IMG/VR virus record: IMGVR_UViG_3300032608_000076
Coordinates: 1 to 24,726 of that record
Source of the DNA: a virus
Lineage: Duplodnaviria > Caudoviricetes
DNA: 24,726 nt
Direction: 5' to 3' (one strand)
Shown here: in pieces, positions 9,246 through 17,688 of the stretch
Position numbering within the stretch: position 1 is the stretch's first letter
Layout: the number at the start of each line of letters is the position of its first letter
Notes under the pieces: model-generated
Told to the model about the DNA's origin: nothing
Database searches by the model: none
Seen by the model: only the letters and a program-made list of their open reading frames with translations
Translations under genes and position numbers: made by a program

Positions 9246-9687
9246 TGTGAAAGGGGCGCAGAATCAGGTTCTTCTCCTGCGAAGCATTGAGCTTCTGCAC
9301 TGCCAACCATAAGCCCGTTTGAACCCAGTTGGGCACGCCCAACAGGTTCTCAATACGCGCGGCGTCGGTATTTCCCGGTATTTCCGGGCGCACCAATGCC
9401 CGCACGACTTGCAGCCGAGCGCGCCGCATAACCCACTCCTCAAGCGATTGTTGGTGGGCAGGGTCTTCGGTGCGATAGACCGGGTAGACCGTTCCTTCGA
9501 TCTTCTGAAAGTCTTTGACCGGCGGTTCTGGACGCGGGTTTGCCTTGCCGACTTCTAGCAGTTCAGCCGGGGTTAGCGCCCGCAACTCGACCAATAGCCG
9601 TTCATCGTCAGGAGACACCAGTTCAAACGTGTAAGTGTTCGTCTGGAAATCTTCAAACGTCGCCCAGCGCGCGTTATTGTCACTCAT
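9196..9687 (-). CDS. Tail assembly chaperone (gpG-like)
   Basis: Position between tube and tape measure genes; VELRALTPAE motif; GAGAGGG RBS. Confidence 0.8.
   Translation of the reverse strand: MSDNNARWATFEDFQTNTYTFELVSPDDERLLVELRALTPAELLEVGKANPRPEPPVKDFQKIEGTVYPVYRTEDPAHQQSLEEWVMRRARLQVVRALVRPEIPGNTDAARIENLLGVPNWVQTGLWLAVQKLNASQEKNLILRPFHSDGNAADEDVEIAGVE
9249..9255 (-). other. Candidate +1 programmed frameshift site CCC TTT C
   Basis: In-frame CCC TTT CAC. A +1 shift gives CCT TTC (Pro, Phe retained) and enters the 9012-9245 frame. Confidence 0.6.
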
Positions 9688-9705
9688 GGATGGCCCTCTC
9701 TGCGC

Positions 9706-10110
9706 CTAGTTGTAAGCGCTCCATATATTGGCATGATAGGAAAACCGATAGCGCGTCAAATCATTCTGTTGTCCAACGACTGCCACGTCATCAATTCGCC
9801 CGCTGTAGATAAACACCCCGCCGGATACGCCACCGCCTATGTATGGGACATGCACATGCACAGCGGTTTTGGCGTCAAACATGGTTTGCAATGCGGAGTT
9901 GCCAACCGTGTACAACGCCCCGACGCGCAATTCGACGGATTGCCCAGTATGACGATCATGGTAGGCACTATCTAGCGTGCGGTAGTTTAACCAACCGTGC
10001 AGCATGGTAACGCTGACGTTCTCAGCATAGGCCACCAACGCAGACGTTACCCCCGCGCCGCCGGTCCAGATATAGATAGCGCCCTCCGGCCAACTAAAGG
10101 CTTCAGGCAT
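9706..10110 (-). CDS. Second tail-tube-like protein
   Basis: 134 aa, beta-rich, aligns by eye with the upstream tube gene (M.E..S..EG.[LI]Y ... Y..N ... Q[AS][IV]). Confidence 0.65.
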   Translation of the reverse strand: MPEAFSWPEGAIYIWTGGAGVTSALVAYAENVSVTMLHGWLNYRTLDSAYHDRHTGQSVELRVGALYTVGNSALQTMFDAKTAVHVHVPYIGGGVSGGVFIYSGRIDDVAVVGQQNDLTRYRFSYHANIWSAYN

Positions 10111-10118
10111 GATTTACC

Positions 10119-10586
10119 CTACCCCAGATAGCCGCTCGCTGTTGAACCATTCATTGCGAGCGCCATACCTTGCCATACCTGCGTATTGGCGGGCGTAGCT
10201 TCGGTGAATTGCAGTGAATTGAGCGCGACCCCGTGATACTGAAAATACTCACTCGCCCCGTTTTCGGGCGCGGTCATTTTCAATTCCATGTGAATCATAG
10301 GCGTGGTAGACCCCGACGCCGTAATGTTGACCGGCGGGTAATCTGCCGTGATACCATACTGCAAATCAAACTGCACAGTAATGGCCTGGTCCTGTACCCA
10401 CTTGTGATGCTTGGGTTTGCCCCGGTCGAAAATCTGCTGAATATCACGCGCGCTGGTATGGGTCAGGTTGGTGACATAGCCCAGCGTACCAGAGGCAGGC
10501 GCGCTGGCTGTCGCCCATAAGTTTCCACTACCCGACGCTTGCACCCAATATAGAGTGCCCTCATTTTGACTGCGAACTTCCGTCAT
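10119..10586 (-). CDS. Major tail tube protein (putative)
   Basis: 155 aa beta-strand pattern, follows the terminator gene, four ASG motifs. Confidence 0.7.
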   Translation of the reverse strand: MTEVRSQNEGTLYWVQASGSGNLWATASAPASGTLGYVTNLTHTSARDIQQIFDRGKPKHHKWVQDQAITVQFDLQYGITADYPPVNITASGSTTPMIHMELKMTAPENGASEYFQYHGVALNSLQFTEATPANTQVWQGMALAMNGSTASGYLG

Positions 10587-10588
10587 TG

Positions 10589-11110
10589 CTAAGCCCTTTC
10601 GATCCAGTTGAACTGGACCACGATCCTCTTACGTTGTATGTCTGGATTTGGGTCAAGCGGTGATTCGCGCCCGCCCCATTCGTCAATGAAAATCAAATAC
10701 CCACTATCGGCGGGTGCATCAGCGTTCGTGTAGAAGTCTTGAATAGCAATGCTGCTGCCCGTTCTGAGCGAGTTGGTAAGCGCCTGCGAAACGGCATCTT
10801 GCATCTGGCTAATTTGGGCGCGCCACTGGACATCCTTGCGCGTGACCCAGCAGTTGATATCCATCAGGCCATAACGCCGCCGCCCCACTTCCCCACCGCC
10901 CACATGACCACCGGAGAAGGGCACAATGGAGCCGGGTTCGCCTAGCCAATGTATCGACCACTCCGGCGGGTTAATCGGTTCTTCGGGGTGGTCCAGGTTC
11001 AGGCGCATGGTAGGCACGGTGGACGGCAAGTACGTGGTTAACTCTCCCGCCAGCCACGCTACCAGCGAGGCGCGCACGTTATAGACCCCGGTTTTATGTG
11101 TTGCGCTCAT
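10589..11110 (-). CDS. Tail terminator/completion protein
   Basis: Position after the gp10-like gene; helix-strand pattern with GLMDINCWV typical of the lambda gpU/SPP1 gp17 class. Confidence 0.7.
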   Translation of the reverse strand: MSATHKTGVYNVRASLVAWLAGELTTYLPSTVPTMRLNLDHPEEPINPPEWSIHWLGEPGSIVPFSGGHVGGGEVGRRRYGLMDINCWVTRKDVQWRAQISQMQDAVSQALTNSLRTGSSIAIQDFYTNADAPADSGYLIFIDEWGGRESPLDPNPDIQRKRIVVQFNWIERA

Positions 11111-11112
11111 GG

Positions 11113-11520
11113 CTACAACTCGCCTATTAGATCGTCTAGAATACTGTCCAGCAATTCCTGCGCTCTGATTTCGGCGCGGTCAAGGAACCCGGCAGGCGCT
11201 TGCTTGCTGTGCCCTTCATTAAGCAGACCGATGTATCGCACATTAGAGCCTTGCGTTATGCTTAGACCGCCATCCGTGACATTCCACACCGCATCGCTAG
11301 AGCCAGCGTTTTTATTGCCGCGTATATCACCGGGCGTCCAGTGGCCCCATGATGCACGAGCACGTCCCGTATCCACTGGCATCTCGTATTTGATGCGACG
11401 TTCAATTGCCAGCGATACCGACCGTAACTTGGTCTTTGCGCGCGTCTTGACGCGCCCCGACTTCCCGATCAGCGACTTCTGCTCTTGCTGTAGCTGGCTG
11501 TACTCGACTGATACCTGCAT
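11113..11520 (-). CDS. HK97 gp10-like neck/tail component
   Basis: Signature MPVDTGRARASW ... GSNVRYIGLLNEGHSKQAPAGF. Confidence 0.9.
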   Translation of the reverse strand: MQVSVEYSQLQQEQKSLIGKSGRVKTRAKTKLRSVSLAIERRIKYEMPVDTGRARASWGHWTPGDIRGNKNAGSSDAVWNVTDGGLSITQGSNVRYIGLLNEGHSKQAPAGFLDRAEIRAQELLDSILDDLIGEL

Positions 11521-12205
11521 CCTTGTTCACTCGTAACCCTATCCCAACTTCGGTTATGATGTTCAAGCGCGTCTTTGCCATGTGCTGGATAAACGCGCCG
11601 CGCGCTTCTGGCGGGATACCCGCCTGTGCTGCTGCGTTGATACCATGTTCACTGTAGCCCAACATGGGACCATACATCACGTCCCACAGGTGTTTCAGGT
11701 GGTAATCAAACGGCGCATCCGGGTTCGGCGCAAAGTACCCGAACGCTTCTAGCGTAAGATACCGGGTATGCGTTGGGTCCATTAAGCCGCCATTGCTCCA
11801 CCCGTAAGGGAACAGCACGTATGCCACGCCATCGGGCTTAAGCACGCGCCCTAGTTCATCCCACCACGCCCACCAACCGCCAGACGACTTGGCAAACTGC
11901 CCATTGCGTGTGACAACGTGCGGGATGTGTTCGATAAGGTGGGCCGCCAGCACCACGTCATAGGTATTGTCCGGTATTTCCCACTCGACAGAATAAGCGC
12001 CATTAGCAGATAGCTGCTCGGTTTTCCAGGGATAGTCAAACGCATCCAGGATTAGGTTTACGCCGTCGTTGGCGTGCAAATCCGCGTTATCCCACCTTAT
12101 CGCCGGGTCGGTGTATATCTCGCTCGGCAAAAAGCGGTGATGTGCCGGTTGTTCGCACGGCAGGATAATCCGCCCACAGCCGAGATTTAGTCCGCGTTTA
12201 GTCAT
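11402..12205 (-). CDS. Class I SAM-dependent methyltransferase
   Basis: Motif I LNLGCG, YDVVLAAHLIEH, ELGRVLKPDG and DPTH. This type commonly accompanies glycosyltransferases. No DPPY/NPPY or PCQ DNA-methylase motif. Confidence 0.9.
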   Translation of the reverse strand: MTKRGLNLGCGRIILPCEQPAHHRFLPSEIYTDPAIRWDNADLHANDGVNLILDAFDYPWKTEQLSANGAYSVEWEIPDNTYDVVLAAHLIEHIPHVVTRNGQFAKSSGGWWAWWDELGRVLKPDGVAYVLFPYGWSNGGLMDPTHTRYLTLEAFGYFAPNPDAPFDYHLKHLWDVMYGPMLGYSEHGINAAAQAGIPPEARGAFIQHMAKTRLNIITEVGIGLRVNKDAGISRVQPATARAEVADREVGARQDARKDQVTVGIAGN

Positions 12206-12536
12206 TGTCGCTGTCCTGCTTTCTTACCCAGGTTAGTAGCGGGAGTCCTCGACTATACCAAATCATGCTACCCGTTACATTGTGCTCGCTTATCCAATCA
12301 GAGTCACACGACGGACTGCAAACCAGAAGACCAGTTCTCTCAACGCCGCTTGGCAAGAGATGCCAAGAATCTCCTATATACTGTCCGTCTTGATAACCCC
12401 AAAGCCGATATCGCCAGGCTTCCGGCGTTACCCAAAATTCACTACCCGATAACGTAGGCACTACCCCGGTCGCTGTTGTACTGCACTGGTCACATACATA
12501 GCGCGGCGGCGGGATATCATTTCGCTTATACGTCAT
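12198..12536 (-). CDS. Small hypothetical protein with CxxC...CxxxC (putative Zn-binding)
   Basis: Start re-assigned to ATG 12536 (MTYKRND), overlapping the upstream gene end; CDQC and CSPSC. Confidence 0.65.
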   Translation of the reverse strand: MTYKRNDIPPPRYVCDQCSTTATGVVPTLSGSEFWVTPEAWRYRLWGYQDGQYIGDSWHLLPSGVERTGLLVCSPSCDSDWISEHNVTGSMIWYSRGLPLLTWVRKQDSDND

Positions 12537-12726
12537 GTTCTGGCGCTTTCGCTTTTTCCGTATTCCGCCAGGGATAATCACCGTAAAGGTTGGGCCACAA
12601 GATTTCCCAGTGATGAGCTACGCAATCAAGCCCAGTCCCGTTGCACAGTGTACACTTCTGATTAGGGCCAAAATTACGGGCCTTACCCGTGCCATTGCAA
12701 TCCAGACACTTCTTCTTATCCGCCAT
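12526..12726 (-). CDS. Stand-alone DnaJ-type zinc finger mini-protein
   Basis: Two CxxCxGxG repeats: CLDCNGTG and CTLCNGTG. Confidence 0.8.
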   Translation of the reverse strand: MADKKKCLDCNGTGKARNFGPNQKCTLCNGTGLDCVAHHWEILWPNLYGDYPWRNTEKAKAPEHDV

Positions 12727-12928
12727 CGCGTATCACTTTCAACACTTGCTGAAGTAGCTCTGCGCGGATGCGCTCGCGATTAACAACGTCGCTGTACCCA
12801 TTATCAGTAACCGTATCAACGTGAACCACGCCCTTAATCAGCATCAGCAGTCCAACTACACGCAGTACATCTTCGTCGTGTATGTCCTGCGCCAGTGTTA
12901 CCACAAAGCCCTTCGCGTTAGCCGTCAT
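12716..12928 (-). CDS. Small hypothetical phage protein
   Basis: 70 aa, coupled by short overlaps at both ends; beta-alpha-beta pattern GFVVTL..DI..ED...LMLIKGVVHV. Confidence 0.75.
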   Translation of the reverse strand: MTANAKGFVVTLAQDIHDEDVLRVVGLLMLIKGVVHVDTVTDNGYSDVVNRERIRAELLQQVLKVIRDGG

Positions 12929-13817
12929 TGTCCTGCTTTGCTTTCTCGGCCTTCCGACCGCTAGTTCCCTCTACCCAGTCCACAATCACCCGTAGCCGCT
13001 GCTCCCACGTTCCCGACTTAGCCCACGTTGCTCCCTTACGGGCAATGCGCTGGCTTAGCGTCGGTGCTTCTAACGCCCCGCGCACGGCGGATACAAGTTG
13101 CCCAGGCGTGGTGTATACGAGACAGTTCTCGCCATATTTCAAGCCTAGCGCTTCGTCGTCATCATTGGCGTCTTTGACTACAAGGCACCCCATCGCGGCG
13201 GTTTCCCACACGCGCTGGGCAACGTCGTTGTTGGCGCTGGCAACAAGGCTGATCTTGCTGTTCTGGTACGCCTTGGCATAATCGGCGTAAATCAACCCGG
13301 TTGCATACCGGATTTTGATACCGGGAATGTTCGCAATTAGTTCGTAGATCATCGCAGCGCGTTCGGGATACATGACGCCAATCATCGCCACGTCAAACTC
13401 GCGTTCGGCCCACTTCTTGCCCGGTGCAAAGTGTTCCGCGTCATAGCCGCACGGGAGCCACGTCACGCCGTCTTCGCCAATACGCTGACCGTTGCCATGC
13501 CCTAAGAACAGGTGATCCCAGTCGTTGAACTGGCTATAGCTGCGCACATGGTTATCTACGCCGTACACTACATGCGGCATCTTGCCCACGCGCTTACCGT
13601 CCAGGTGGCTATCCATTGCCAGCACGAGGTCAGGCTTCCAGCCCCGCTCCGGCGGCTCAGGATGCCACACATATTCATCAGCGACCGTATGGCCCCATAT
13701 CGCGTTGCCGTGCGGCGTGCCGTCCGTGCGTATATCGTGCCCCATGCGCCGCAGCGCATCAGTGGCATAACGCCCGCTTGCAACTGCCCAATGGTCGGCC
13801 AGGATTAGGATTTTCAT
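12918..13817 (-). CDS. Glycosyltransferase, GT-B fold, CgeB/Glyco_trans_1_2-like
   Basis: Start re-assigned to ATG 13817 (MKILILAD, ATGA overlap). ALRRMGHD, WLPCGYD..HF.P, DVAMIG...PER, YQNSKISL, RVWETAAMG. Confidence 0.9.
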   Translation of the reverse strand: MKILILADHWAVASGRYATDALRRMGHDIRTDGTPHGNAIWGHTVADEYVWHPEPPERGWKPDLVLAMDSHLDGKRVGKMPHVVYGVDNHVRSYSQFNDWDHLFLGHGNGQRIGEDGVTWLPCGYDAEHFAPGKKWAEREFDVAMIGVMYPERAAMIYELIANIPGIKIRYATGLIYADYAKAYQNSKISLVASANNDVAQRVWETAAMGCLVVKDANDDDEALGLKYGENCLVYTTPGQLVSAVRGALEAPTLSQRIARKGATWAKSGTWEQRLRVIVDWVEGTSGRKAEKAKQDNDG

Positions 13818-14077
13818 GATGTTGACCCTTCCGTATCGGGTTCGGTATGCTTTAGCGTCGCCAGATGGATAGTTGAGTCGTCTATGGTCACAAACCAATC
13901 ATAGACCGGACACCCGTTGTTACGGGAATCCATTCGCCCGACAACCTGCGATTTTCCCACAAGCCGGAGTAGTGCATCCATTACCACAAACATTGCATCT
14001 TCAACGCTTGTTACCGCGCGTTCCTTACCTTCAGGAACGTGTGTCGTCAGCATGTAGGTTGATAGCCGCTTACTCAC
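13814..14077 (-). CDS. Small hypothetical protein
   Basis: 87 aa; overlaps both neighbours by a few bases. Confidence 0.65.
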   Translation of the reverse strand: MSKRLSTYMLTTHVPEGKERAVTSVEDAMFVVMDALLRLVGKSQVVGRMDSRNNGCPVYDWFVTIDDSTIHLATLKHTEPDTEGSTS

Positions 14078-14534
14078 GGTGCAACTCTTTCCACTGCGCT
14101 ATCGCAGCCTCAAGGCATTCGAGGCAAACAGACATGTAGCCGTATTCGCCATCAGCGGTATCCGCCACAAGCGCGGCGCGTTCTTGACTGCATATCTGAC
14201 AGGCACGAAACTCAATCATCATGCCGTGCTGCATGGTATCAATGATGGCTAAGCATCGAGATAGGTCGTATTCGCAAACAGTGCCCAGTTGCACGCGATG
14301 GCCTTTCGATGCCAATACGCCTACCAAGTTCAAATGGGCTACCGAACTGTTGTCAGCTTCCCCGAAATCGTACGCTTTCCATTCGGCAGGACCAAAAGGC
14401 TTATTCTCCGCTTCCCATGCCGCTTCAATTGCCGCCTGAGCTACCGCCAGCGTGTCGTGTCGCTGCTCATATACCGCTGTTCGGCGAGGCTTTCCCCCGC
14501 TATAGGTGGCGACGAAGTAGTGCGTATCAGTCAT
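14070..14534 (-). CDS. Hypothetical protein with C-terminal CxxC...CxxC
   Basis: 154 aa; CQIC and CLEC; coupled to neighbours. Confidence 0.7.
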   Translation of the reverse strand: MTDTHYFVATYSGGKPRRTAVYEQRHDTLAVAQAAIEAAWEAENKPFGPAEWKAYDFGEADNSSVAHLNLVGVLASKGHRVQLGTVCEYDLSRCLAIIDTMQHGMMIEFRACQICSQERAALVADTADGEYGYMSVCLECLEAAIAQWKELHRE

Positions 14535-14766
14535 CGCACGTTACCTCGATAACCGTGCCAACTACTGGGCTTGTGCCCGAAAAGCCCGTAACCCATGCTG
14601 TCCAAGTACGCAACCCTTTCTCGTGTTCAATGGGTCCGTGCCACGCGAAAGCATGTTCATTCCATGTCTGCCGGATAAGAAGTTCCGTATCTCCACGCGC
14701 CGCATCCAAGCTGTCGTGCCGCGCCATCTGTCCCAAAACCTGTACTAGATATATCGTAGTGCTCAT
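14527..14766 (-). CDS. Small hypothetical protein
   Basis: 79 aa; GAGAGGGA RBS; overlap with downstream start. Confidence 0.65.
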   Translation of the reverse strand: MSTTIYLVQVLGQMARHDSLDAARGDTELLIRQTWNEHAFAWHGPIEHEKGLRTWTAWVTGFSGTSPVVGTVIEVTCDD

Positions 14767-14814
14767 TGCTCATTCCCTCTCTTACTAGGCCGCGTACAAT
14801 GTCGTGCATGGGCA

Positions 14815-15582
14815 TTACGCCCAGTAGTTAACCTTGATTACCGGCACGTCGGGCGTCACGTATTTGGTGTCCACCCATCGGCGCTTAAACGTCATGGCGT
14901 TCTTGGCAAATCCGCCGGGATTGCCGCCCGTGCTGCCTACGCTGTGCGTAAAGCGTACTCCTGGCTCATGCCACACCTGCCAGCCTTCCAACTGCGCACG
15001 CACGCAAAAGTCAACATCCTCAAAGTACCCGCGCCCGTAAGCGATATCGAAGCCGCCGCACATATTCCACAGCCCCCGCCGCACGGCGAACGCTGCGCCC
15101 GTAACCCATCCGACGACGCGCTGGGTGTTTATCGGTGCCCAGTCGGGATTTACCGCGTGGAGTGCCACATGATAAGGCTGGGACGCTGCATCAAACTGGC
15201 CGCCTACGCTCTGCACGCGGCCATCCGGGAAGAGCAGGGTAGGACCAGCGACGCCGCACTGTTTTTCAGCATCAAACAGTGCTAGCAGCTTAGCGTCCCA
15301 GCCCTGCTGCTCCGTGTAGCAATCCTGATTTAGAAAGAACAGGATTTCGCCCTGAGCACGTTTCGCCCCGGCGTTACAATTGCCTGCGAATCCCAAGTTA
15401 GGCGAATTTCGCTCACAGATATCACCAAAAATCAGCGGGCCGCTGTACATCTTGCTTGCATCGTCCTGAATCAGAACTTCAGTCAGCACCGGGTCGGTGG
15501 TATCCCGAACGCTCTTGAGACAACGCGATACATCCGCTAGATGGTCAAACGCCGGAATAATGACACTAAGCCGGGGCGTCAT
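14815..15582 (-). CDS. Glycosyltransferase family 2 (GT-A, WbbL-like)
   Basis: Start re-assigned to ATG 15582 (MTPRLSVIIP, GGAG RBS). DDAS, NLGFAGNCNAG, FFLNQD, VTGAAFAVRR, GGFD...YFEDVDFC. Confidence 0.93.
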   Translation of the reverse strand: MTPRLSVIIPAFDHLADVSRCLKSVRDTTDPVLTEVLIQDDASKMYSGPLIFGDICERNSPNLGFAGNCNAGAKRAQGEILFFLNQDCYTEQQGWDAKLLALFDAEKQCGVAGPTLLFPDGRVQSVGGQFDAASQPYHVALHAVNPDWAPINTQRVVGWVTGAAFAVRRGLWNMCGGFDIAYGRGYFEDVDFCVRAQLEGWQVWHEPGVRFTHSVGSTGGNPGGFAKNAMTFKRRWVDTKYVTPDVPVIKVNYWA

Positions 15583-15979
15583 TGTCGGCTCCCTGCTTAT
15601 CATGTGCTAGCCGTGAAATTTGCCCGCGATAGAGGGTAATCATATCTGACCACCATTGCTCTGCCCCGGTTGATATGTTCGCCTCAATAAACCCGTATAA
15701 ATCAGGGTCTAGTCTTGGCAGCGCTTCGAGTTGCTCATAAAGCGGCAGCGCGGCAAGCCTGGCTGTGATATCCTCATCTAAGCACACACTGTTGGCGCAG
15801 GGCCAGCCCATCGCCGTTGTATAGGCGTTTGCCCAACCCGCCAACCAGGAAGGGCCAGAGCCAAACACAAGCATTACTTTCATTTTGTCTGGACCAACGT
15901 TGTGCTCTGGTGGGTTAGGGTCTTCTGGCCCGCCAAATAGCACCATGCAAAAAGTCGGGTTAACGCGATTATCATTCAT
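15566..15979 (-). CDS. Hypothetical protein
   Basis: 137 aa between two glycosyltransferases, overlapping both. Confidence 0.7.
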   Translation of the reverse strand: MNDNRVNPTFCMVLFGGPEDPNPPEHNVGPDKMKVMLVFGSGPSWLAGWANAYTTAMGWPCANSVCLDEDITARLAALPLYEQLEALPRLDPDLYGFIEANISTGAEQWWSDMITLYRGQISRLAHDKQGADNDAPA

Positions 15980-17384
15980 CGCCGCCTACCTTCCCGTCAT
16001 CGCCAGCCTTGACCGGCACAGATGCGATGGCTTGCTGCGCCTGTTGCCCGACCGCTTGCCCCAACTGCTCCGCAAGCTCTGCGGGGTTGTTGGCCCCCAC
16101 GTAGATCGGCGCGTTCAAATTAATCACCGAAGCAACCGGCGTCACGCCAGCGGGCAACGGCGGCTGTACGGGCACGGCCTGCGGTGCCTGTGCGTGCTTA
16201 CGCGCCATGTCCGCGCCGCGCTTCTCAAACACCCTGTCCAACACGGCGTCCACGTTCTGCATTGCGCGCTCCCAGGTGCGTTCCGTCTTGACCCACGCCA
16301 GCGCCGCCGCGCCGCGTGCCTTGCGTTCGGCGGGATGGTCGTACAGATAGCGGAGTTGCTTGGCAAGGTCTGGTACGTCAACCCGATAGTTGACCGCCCC
16401 GCCCCACGTCCCCGGCATTCCTGGCGTGGCCTTAATCAGCGCCCCGCGTTTGTCAATGCCGATAATCTCAGGACCGCTACAATAATCAATCGCCACGCTG
16501 GGTATACCCGTCGCCATCGCTTCGATGTGCGGCAAACCAAACCCCTCACGGTGTGCAATAACGGCGTGTAGGTCAAGCAGGTTGTACCGCTCATTTAGCC
16601 CCACTACGCCTGCCTTGAGTGCATCCTCGCGGAATAGCACGCGCCCATGATCTAGCATAACGAAGTCCATAAGCTGAGATTGCATATCCCATCCGGCGGG
16701 ACTCATCTTGTCACAATCCAGGTATAGCCGCGCCTCTGGCACGTCACGGAACGCTTCGGCAAACCCCGCCACCATTGACGGGAAATCCTTGCGGCCTTGG
16801 TTCATCGCCATCATGCCCACCACAAACGCATCGGCGGGAAGTCCCACCTTTTCGCGCAGCGTTGCGCGTACATCATCCGGCAGCGGGTAGAACTCGCTTG
16901 CGTCTACACCGGGCGGGCACAACGTCGCCTGATGCCCTGCTTTGCGGAACGCCTCAACGCCAAATTCGCTAATGGTCATCAGCGCGTCGAAGTTCGGCAC
17001 TTCGTCCAGCCAGTTCTTGTAAATCGGCACGCCGTCAACGGGCGTCAAGGCCACATGCCCCGTCGTACTCCAATCAACCCCCGACCCATGCCGCAGATTG
17101 ATATGATACGGGAAGTCTTGCAGCGACAAGATGAGGTCCGGCTGAAACGCCGCCCACACCCCCGTCAGCGCGCCTTCAAACGGCTTGCCTTGTAGCGCCG
17201 CCGCGAATGGAACGCCCGTGCGCGGTGGTAACAGCCCGTCGTACTGAATACACGCGGCGTAGACGTTGTAGCCCTTGCTGGCGAGATGCTTATAGATTGC
17301 CGCGCCGATGCGCCCGAATCCGGTAGGGACGGCTACGTCACCGTAGATTAGAACCTTGCGCGGTTGTTTGCCGTTGCTATTCAT
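15972..17384 (-). CDS. Glycosyltransferase family 4 (GT-B) with extra C-terminal tail
   Basis: KVLIYGD...PTGFGR, NQGRKD, EGFGLPHIEAMATG (EX7E motif). Start likely ATG 17384 (alternative GTG 17393). Confidence 0.93.
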   Translation of the reverse strand: MNSNGKQPRKVLIYGDVAVPTGFGRIGAAIYKHLASKGYNVYAACIQYDGLLPPRTGVPFAAALQGKPFEGALTGVWAAFQPDLILSLQDFPYHINLRHGSGVDWSTTGHVALTPVDGVPIYKNWLDEVPNFDALMTISEFGVEAFRKAGHQATLCPPGVDASEFYPLPDDVRATLREKVGLPADAFVVGMMAMNQGRKDFPSMVAGFAEAFRDVPEARLYLDCDKMSPAGWDMQSQLMDFVMLDHGRVLFREDALKAGVVGLNERYNLLDLHAVIAHREGFGLPHIEAMATGIPSVAIDYCSGPEIIGIDKRGALIKATPGMPGTWGGAVNYRVDVPDLAKQLRYLYDHPAERKARGAAALAWVKTERTWERAMQNVDAVLDRVFEKRGADMARKHAQAPQAVPVQPPLPAGVTPVASVINLNAPIYVGANNPAELAEQLGQAVGQQAQQAIASVPVKAGDDGKVGGDE

Positions 17385-17664
17385 CCGTGCCACTTTCTGG
17401 CGTTTCGCCCTGTGCTTTGCTTACAATAACCCGCAAATAGGCATCAAATGCCTGTGCGAAAGTGGGAAATTCCGGCCCCTCTAACAATCCAGGGATCGAC
17501 ATATCCGCAACGACCCATTCCGCTCCGCTCACACGGAAGATACTATGCCCTGTAATGTCTGCAAGTTTCTCGACAATGCGGAGCATGTCTTCAAATTGCG
17601 CGGACTTTTCCAACACTTCGCTGGCAATCTCCGCCCACGTTGGTATGACACGCGATACCTTCAC
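17377..17664 (-). CDS. Small hypothetical protein
   Basis: 95 aa; AGAAAGG RBS, GTG start, overlaps GT4 start. Confidence 0.65.
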   Translation of the reverse strand: MKVSRVIPTWAEIASEVLEKSAQFEDMLRIVEKLADITGHSIFRVSGAEWVVADMSIPGLLEGPEFPTFAQAFDAYLRVIVSKAQGETPESGTDE

Positions 17665-17688
17665 TTGGATGGCCTTTCTACTGTGCGC

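Noticed and set aside
9706-10586. Contractile injection system or tailocin suggested by two tube genes
   Set aside because: No sheath or baseplate wedge genes, and a full head module is present.
11402-17384. DNA hypermodification or restriction-modification role for the glycosyltransferases and methyltransferase
   Set aside because: No DNA-methylase catalytic motif, no hydroxymethylase/dioxygenase in the window, and the location is in the structural operon. Disfavoured but not excluded.
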